NCBI GenBank assembly: GCA_973895155.1
Contig: OZ316898.1
Location: 10,935,187-10,999,186 of the forward strand
Reading direction: 5' to 3'
DNA from: Marsupella aquatica
Taxonomy: Eukaryota; Plantae; Marchantiophyta
DNA: 64,000 bases
The notes below the pieces were generated by a model that searched no databases, was not told the DNA's origin, and saw only the letters and a list, made by a program, of their open reading frames with translations. A program made the position numbers and the translations under genes. How positions within the stretch are numbered: position 1 is the first letter of the stretch; each line of letters starts with the position of its first letter. This document shows, piece by piece, positions 56,863 to 64,000 of the stretch.

Positions 56863-59800
56863 CAGGATAAAATTAGTTATGAGACCCCCTATTAGCAAAC
56901 TTGGAAAAACCACGCATTAACAGTAGAGCAAAGCGGAAGAAGTGGAAGAGCTCTCACCTTTCACTTGTAACAGAGTAATTCTGGTTGAGCAAAGACTCGT
57001 AAATTGTTGCAACTGAGGGAAGAGTAGCGAGCCTGCCTGAGGCGGAGTTAAGGCTTCCGAGCTGGAGCTGTCGCACCCTCTGAACTGAGGCTCGGCGGAG
57101 CAAGTCTACTAGAGGCGGGGCGGAGGCTTCGTAGTCTCAGGCTGGAGGCGTAGCGTTCTAACCACAGAGCCGATGCGTACATGGTTTCCCTCCACCAAGA
57201 GGAAGTGGGGCAGTCAGTGATCAGTGCAATGTCACAGTGTCACAAACAACTTCCTCAGACGATGACAAAACTGTCACCCCGTTGCACATTCATCATAAGT
57301 GCACTTCGTCTGCCCGGATTGTAGCTTGTGGAAGTGATGCTGAAGGTTTTCATTCAGTTGCGAAATTGGCCCTGCAATATTTGCAAGGTTTGGACATGTA
57401 GTACTTGAAAGATGTGGATACTTCTTGCCTACCGTGGAATACCTTGGAAACAGCGTTTGCCGACTCTCTGTGGGGATCCGTGATTTGTCTTTGTCAAAAG
57501 CCTTCAATACAGCCTACTCATCCTATGGCTTTCAGAGTACTCTCGAGGGCCCGGACAGTGAAAAAGTTGAAGGGATGTCTGGGAAATTCTATTCAAGCAG
57601 GCTCTAAGTCAGCTGAGGATGTGGCGTCGTTGTTGGGAGTATTGCTATCCACCGCTACATTACTTACAGAACACGATAAAAGATGGAGAAAGACGCTGGA
57701 TACGGTTGTGAATTCTGCTTCTGGGGCCCTTATGGAAGCTGTTGATTTTCTCGAGGAAGTAGATCCAGAGACATACGGAGATGTTTGTCAATTAGTTCGG
57801 GACTATTGAAATCCCACCATAATTAGTTGTTAAGAGTTTAGTGTTTTAAGCATGCAAATTATATTTATCTGGACCGTTAAGTTTCCTAATTCCCTGAAAG
57901 TACGTACTTCTCATGATGTGTGGGGGATCATGAAAATTGATAATAAATTTCTGGCAGATGTTGTCTTATTGATCTGGACAGACATGTTTCCTAGTTCCTT
58001 AAATGTATATTCCACGATGTTGAGGGAGCTTGAAAATTGATGACGGATTCATGGGAGATAGACAGTGAGGTTCTCCTACAGTAACAATATTGACAAAAAC
58101 GAAGTCAGTGGCATATATCTTGGCTTTGAGAAATGAAATCTGAGAAAATTTCTTCGAGTTAGTGACGCGGCCATTCATTTATCTCAAAGACACTTGAATG
58201 CTTGAAAGCTATTGGAATTGGTGGTACCCTTGGACCTAGCTTGTATCAGTTTCACAAACTAACTAATAGTGAGTTTCCATCAACAAAAAATAGACTTCTC
58301 CGGGGGAGAAGGTTTTGCTCTGAGCTGTTGCTGACCAATTCTGCTAGGACATCACTTGAAATTCTACCCTGCGAATCGTCCTCCTCAAATCCAATGCAAG
58401 CATATGCTTGCTTTCTAATGACTAAAAGACCTTTATGATGTTTAGTGATGAAACTGACGTACCTGATGACATTGGAAGGACTAATTGTCAAAAAAATTAT
58501 GTCAGATCTGATCATGGTAATTGCGCGTCTGCTTGCGTCCACAGGACGCCACTAGCACATTTGCCTCAATTCTGGACGATACATCGCGGCATCCTACCTT
58601 ATTTTTCAAGTAACTAAAACAATTTAGCAGCACTGACGCCAATGTAGAGGAGTAAGCGCAACTGGAAACATGTCGGGGCACCTTACTCTAAGCCATTTAC
58701 TCCATGATGACATTCATTTGAAGGTATGCTTGATGGGTGGCACACGTTTGACTTCGAGTACGAATTGTCTACCGTAACTTTATGTAGGATTGGAGTCCCA
58801 TGATGAGTAAGGGACTTTCTTCTGAGAACGTCGGGATAATTTGAGCAAGAGACTGTCCGCCACTTTCGTCGCAGGATGGTTGCACATGTAACCTAAGGAC
58901 ATGAAAGCTTCCTTCCCAATGAAAGGTTTACAGGCATAAGTCGTACTCAAGGTCAAACTGTGTGCGTAAAAACTAGGAAGGTGATCATATTGTCATGGGT
59001 AATTCTGTACATCCGCCGATACATCTCAAACTTATGGATCATTCCAGGAGAATTGACCCAGTGAATAGTTTGGAATCAAATTCAGGTTTGTTGTCGAAAG
59101 AAGCGCAAGTGGCAACTTGCAATGATCATCGCATGAATGCATTCCTTTCTCAGTACGAGCATAAGCGTTGGACTGTAAGAAAGACTATAAGCTTGAGAAG
59201 ATCCCAACGGTGGACTAGATTTACCTGAAGGGTTTTTCATGGTCCATTTGGATTCTGTTTTGCAAGGCAGGGAGGCTCTAAGGTGGACGCAAGAAAGATG
59301 CGTGCTTACATGAAAATTGCGCATGGGAGTCTCTAAGATGGACGCGAGAAAGATGAGTGCTTACATACGTAAATACTTTCCTGACTTTTCTTTTTGTATT
59401 CCTGACTTTTCTTTTTGTATTTTTCAATGCATTAATTCTCCATAATACACCCCTTTTTCTACGAGTGGATTATACAAAACATCATAAATATAGTAAAAAT
59501 AAAAATTAAATATAGTTTTACCATATAAGACAAAATAATTTATTTTATTCAAGATCCCAAGATGATAACCAAATCTTATATGATGATAGTAACAAAATAT
59601 CTATGAATAAAATCTAATATAATTAAAGAACATATATTTTTGGCCAATTCCATAACAACCATTTCTTGGATGACCCGTTTATTTTAATTTTCTATTTCAG
59701 GGATTCACTTTTTCTTGTTTGTTACCAAAAAGTCACTCAAGTTTTTCCGTACATTAATGTCCTAGTTACAAGGGTTAGAGGGCATTATATCCCACAATGC

Positions 59801-61675
59801 TTTCTAACCAGGACATTATCCTATTCAAATTGTGTGTAAGTGATATCGGTCACATCTTTTTGCAGTAATACTCCATATAAAAACATATCACACCAACAAA
59901 TAATGTCTGCACATAGTGCAATGCGAAGAAACACAAACTTAAAAAAAAATTGAACTCTTACAACCTTTGTAACATGTTCTATCAAAAGGTAGGGTATATA
60001 GAGTTGGTGACAGCTGTTGTGAGACAAGCCACAAAAGTCCCATTGTCGAGGGCCTCCCCTTCCACCTAGTATCTAGAAGCCGTGCGCTGAATCAAGCATT
60101 GCTTGCGAGACCTTCAATTCGTAGGGACGACACTGGCGCAAAAAGTGGAGACTGAGCTTGTCAGGTTGTCTCTATTGGAACTAATAGGGTCTTCCTGTAT
60201 TAGTCACTCATAAGGAGGCTACGGCTAGCTTATCTCAACTGACTCTACATTCGGCGCCCCCTCCTTGTTTAGCTGTACTGCCACCTAAGTTGTTGATCTT
60301 AGGTTAGCATAGCTCTACCATTGATTCAGGTTCCTTGCTCTCACTCTTGCTCACTACTTATAGTACTCACTCTGTCTCGTTCCATGTAGCAACAGATAGT
60401 TGTTACCAACAATCTCAGCATTCATCGAGTTTCAACAATATCGTGGTCTTATCGCATTGACACCTACCATCAATCAAGGTTCTCATCTCCTTCTCAAAGA
60501 AAAACTGCTGAAACAGCTTAATTAGTGAACGTAAGTAGCATCTCCCCTCTCTCTTCAATGCCCAAAGCCTCCTTCCCATATTACTAAGAACTTTGTTTAC
60601 AGGGTAAATGTTGACGTCGGGAGATCAAAGGTGTTTTGGGTGATGTCAGGCTAACCTTGGGAGGTTGACGATGTGTGGAGTGATGTTAGGTGCATTGGTG
60701 TCACGTTCATCCCACTAGCTTGATTCCCCTATAGCTTCTTCGACCAGAAGAGTGGGGTCGTTTGGTCCCTGTCTATGTCCCAATGAAATCAATAGATCAT
60801 CGTTTGCAAATCTTATGCGTCTATTTTTCTCTGCCAACGTCTTGTTCACATCTATCAATCTTGCGTTCTCCAATTGGACATGAATCAATTTCTTCTGATA
60901 CATTCCCAATCTGGATGCAGATTGGGCTAGGAAGTCAAATTGGTAGAGCAATAAGAGATTACAAGTTGAGTTATAAAACTCCATGAGTCTTTGTGCATCC
61001 TGCGCCATATTGTGAAGAGGACAAGCTTCAGTATTACACTTCATTACAAAAAGATCGGACAAAAAATCTGCTGCAGTGTCCGACATTTTTGTGTTGTGGT
61101 CAAACAATTGTGATCTCCTTTGGACGCATGAGAAATGGGCTCCGGACAAGCAGACCTTTTGTGATTCTCTTGAGTGTATACGCTGAGAATGCAAGAAGTG
61201 ACAGTGTGTGCAACAAAATACTAGACAAGACCAATTGATTCGGTATATATAAGTCTTTCATGTCAACTGGAAATGAGTGATGAAGACCCCGCTATACTAC
61301 TTGGAGTGACCTTATTCTTGTGCACAAATAACACATTCCATTCATGTTCTTTTGTTATACTCACTTTATAAACTCACCATTCACCATGTTAACATTAGAA
61401 CACATAGAGTTTTAGAAAGCCTTCTTCTATACCATGTACACTAATATGAAAGGACATATTCAAACATCATAGACCAGCACGATAGGTCACAAAGCATTCT
61501 TCTATACCATACACACTAATCTGAAATGATACAAAACAGATTCAAGTATCATAGACAATCTCCATATATAGAGCCATAGTTTGACATCAATCACTTGTTT
61601 CATACATACACACAGAATTCAGAAATATGCATGTCACACATAATGACAACGGCTCCTTCATCCTCTTTACCAAAT

Positions 61676-62011
61676 CTCAGGGGGGGGGGGTCACTTCCAC
61701 GGAAGTGGCACATCACGTGCGATAAAATATAGGCCCATTTAAATAGGTGTGGCAGAAGACTTCCAAAGTTTGGTGGAAGAACACATAGGGCATGTTTTAT
61801 TGACTAATCAACTTTAAAGAACACATAGGCCTATTTAATTGTAAAAAATATTTTCCTTAAAGTTTTTAGGGGTTTTTTAGGAAAAGATGACAAAATTTAA
61901 ATAAAGAAAGGGTTTTGCAAAAAAATATTTTTCACTTATAAGTTAGGGGGGTCAAACCCTAAAACGTTGCACGCGATGTATGGCCCTCCATGTAGTGACC
62001 CCCCCCCCAAG
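61676..62011. mobile_element. MITE with G-rich TIRs and an 8-bp TSD (hAT-like)
   Basis: GGGGGGGGGGTCACT / AGTGACCCCCCCCCC; TACCAAAT at 61668-75 and 62012-19. Confidence 0.7.
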
Positions 62012-62112
62012 TACCAAATTCAAAATTGGTACATGTATTTCTTGCATCCTTCTAAGGCAATGTCAAAATGTAACACAATTCACATGATTCTATCTATATT
62101 TTCATTCAGTCA

Positions 62113-64000
62113 CTACGAGAGACAAACACACTCTGATGGCCAGAGCACAAGAGATCCTCTTGCATCTGCAATTACTTCCTGAGGTGGATCATCTGCTCTA
62201 TTCGAAAATGACAAATTACAATCAGATACAATGACTGTAGTCAACAACACTACTACATGGTCATTCGGGACCACTTTGCCATGGAATTTAGCATGATCCG
62301 GTCGCAAAATGCCTGTACCCACACATACCTGTGAGTCATCCTCCCATGATAGAAGATTATGGACTGGCTCTGCTGTGGCTATCACCTCCACCTTACCCTA
62401 GCTGTTTTTCTTGGCTTTCCTGGGTGGCTTATACATGACATTGTTCATACCTTGGTTGCAAGACATCACTTTGGCACAAGTGTTTTGTGTTGGTGATCGA
62501 GAATCGGGGACACTCTTTTTCAAAGAATCTGCATCCATATTTGACACTTTTGATTGTGTAGCAGAATTTCCCTACGACATCATCTCAATATCTGCCAACA
62601 TTGTACTTGCTTCAATTGAAGCATCTACAATCTTACTTGCATCCAATGTTGCTCCCAAGTTTTGACGTCACTTCACCCTGCTCCCACTTGGTTGAGAGTC
62701 TATCAACTTTGCATCAACTACAATTCAGTGCATTGTCCAACATAAGTCAATCACTAATCACATGTACTAAATGTACATGTCACCAACCACAAAGTTGTCA
62801 CTATCACCTTACCATTATGAACAACCTTCTTCCCCTTCTTTGCCATTTCCACATCCTCCATGTCTATTTCTGCTGATCAATAAACACACCACAACATTCA
62901 GGTTGAATCTATTAACCAAAGAATTGTCTCACAACATTCATATAGAGGAATTTAAAGCATAAGCTTACCTGATACCTCCTTGGCTATGGTCACCGAGGCA
63001 CTAGGTCCATCTTTCTCATTATTTGTCTTTGAATCACCTAATACATCAATCATGATGTCACTTCAGATTTTGTTCATCCAACCAGTTCTTACAGAAAAGA
63101 TTACCTTTCACAACTTAAGCTTCACAAAACTCCATGCACTTTTCAAATGTAAACTACTGAATCATAGCAGGTTACCAGTCTCAAGGACCTTGCCCTTTTG
63201 CTTACAAGAAACAGGCGCCTTCAATGCCATTGTTGTTCCTACATTCAAACCATTCACTCCATTCATGAAAACCTACTTCTAACATTTCAACATAGGGCAC
63301 AATGAACAATGGGCCGGTGTCATTTCCATATCTGTGTCAGATTTGCCAATTCCCTTTTTTGTTAACAAGGGCACACGTTGTACAAGGTTGCCCTCATTGT
63401 TTGGCTGGGAACCTGTTTAGATTAGATTCCATTGATGCAAGAAGGTTTGCTACAAATGCCTCCACAATATCCAAACAATCACCCAATTTACTTTCCACTC
63501 GAGGGAGTCCACACTCTAATGACTTCAACCGTTCACACCGGGGTTCACACATCTCTGTGAGAGTTGTAACAGTTCCCTATCATAACACAACTTACATATC
63601 TCAGATAACTGTCCCCAAGAACTGGTTGCTTACTTCCTACTACATTTCCTACTAATGCTCAAGGCCAAATAGTCTACTAACATAACAGAATTACAACATA
63701 TTCATCACCTGTTTGGAAGTCACGCTTGTCACCTCACTCCTTTGTTTCATGAACTCCTCTCTCACTTCTTGTGCTGATGGTTTTTCACCTGTCAATTTCT
63801 TCTGCATGCCACATCAACATACATATGAATGAAACCAAGTGTTGATTGTCAATGAGAATGTAATAATGGTAGCAAGATGATAAGTTTGAGGCTTACTATC
63901 AGACATGTCACTGCCTTACCAATTGTTTTTTCACTGGAGCATAACTTCCTCTCCCAGCCTGTGAAAGGTGTTTCACTTTGCCTAGAGCATTTGACATCAG
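62113..64000 (-). pseudogene. Decayed, intron-containing CACTA TnpA-like (Tnp1/En-Spm, DUF8039-like) gene running off the window
   Basis: C-terminal VGTG...FHGKVVPNDHVVV...VIADARGSLVLWP motif; upstream frames are interrupted; CpG-poor. Confidence 0.55.

Overview
Eukaryotic, land-plant (bryophyte/liverwort-like) genomic DNA. It holds three recognisable host genes (a NatC auxiliary Sm-like subunit, a secretory-type polyphenol oxidase and a 3-exon dienelactone hydrolase) among many nested transposons. The main feature is a 21,971-bp DNA transposon at 17271-39241. It has ~65-bp imperfect TIRs, a 4-bp GGTG target-site duplication and a Sola-like DDD transposase on the + strand, and it is inserted in the GAG-pre-integrase region of a decayed Copia element. 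On the - strand it carries a large cargo: a small Cys-rich ORF, three tandem F-box-only ORFs, and a spliced ~2,100-2,600 aa multidomain gene (ParB/Srx-like, degenerate beta-class N4/N6 DNA-methyltransferase-like, coiled-coil repeats, Ulp1 SUMO protease, three FCP1/SCP-like HAD domains). A 16-bp CpG-rich palindrome, ACGCG-N6-CGCGT, occurs in most introns and intergenic gaps of the element and is amplified in two tandem arrays. The motif-bearing part looks CpG-rich while the transposase body and flanking TEs look CpG-depleted. Together this resembles a sequence-specific anti-silencing system (compare Arabidopsis VANDAL/VANC) on an unrelated transposon, which is inference. A second oddity is a copy of the hydrolase's transit-peptide exon 1 placed upstream of the PPO, where it could splice in frame. 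Domain calls are by-eye motif recognition; no database searches were run.
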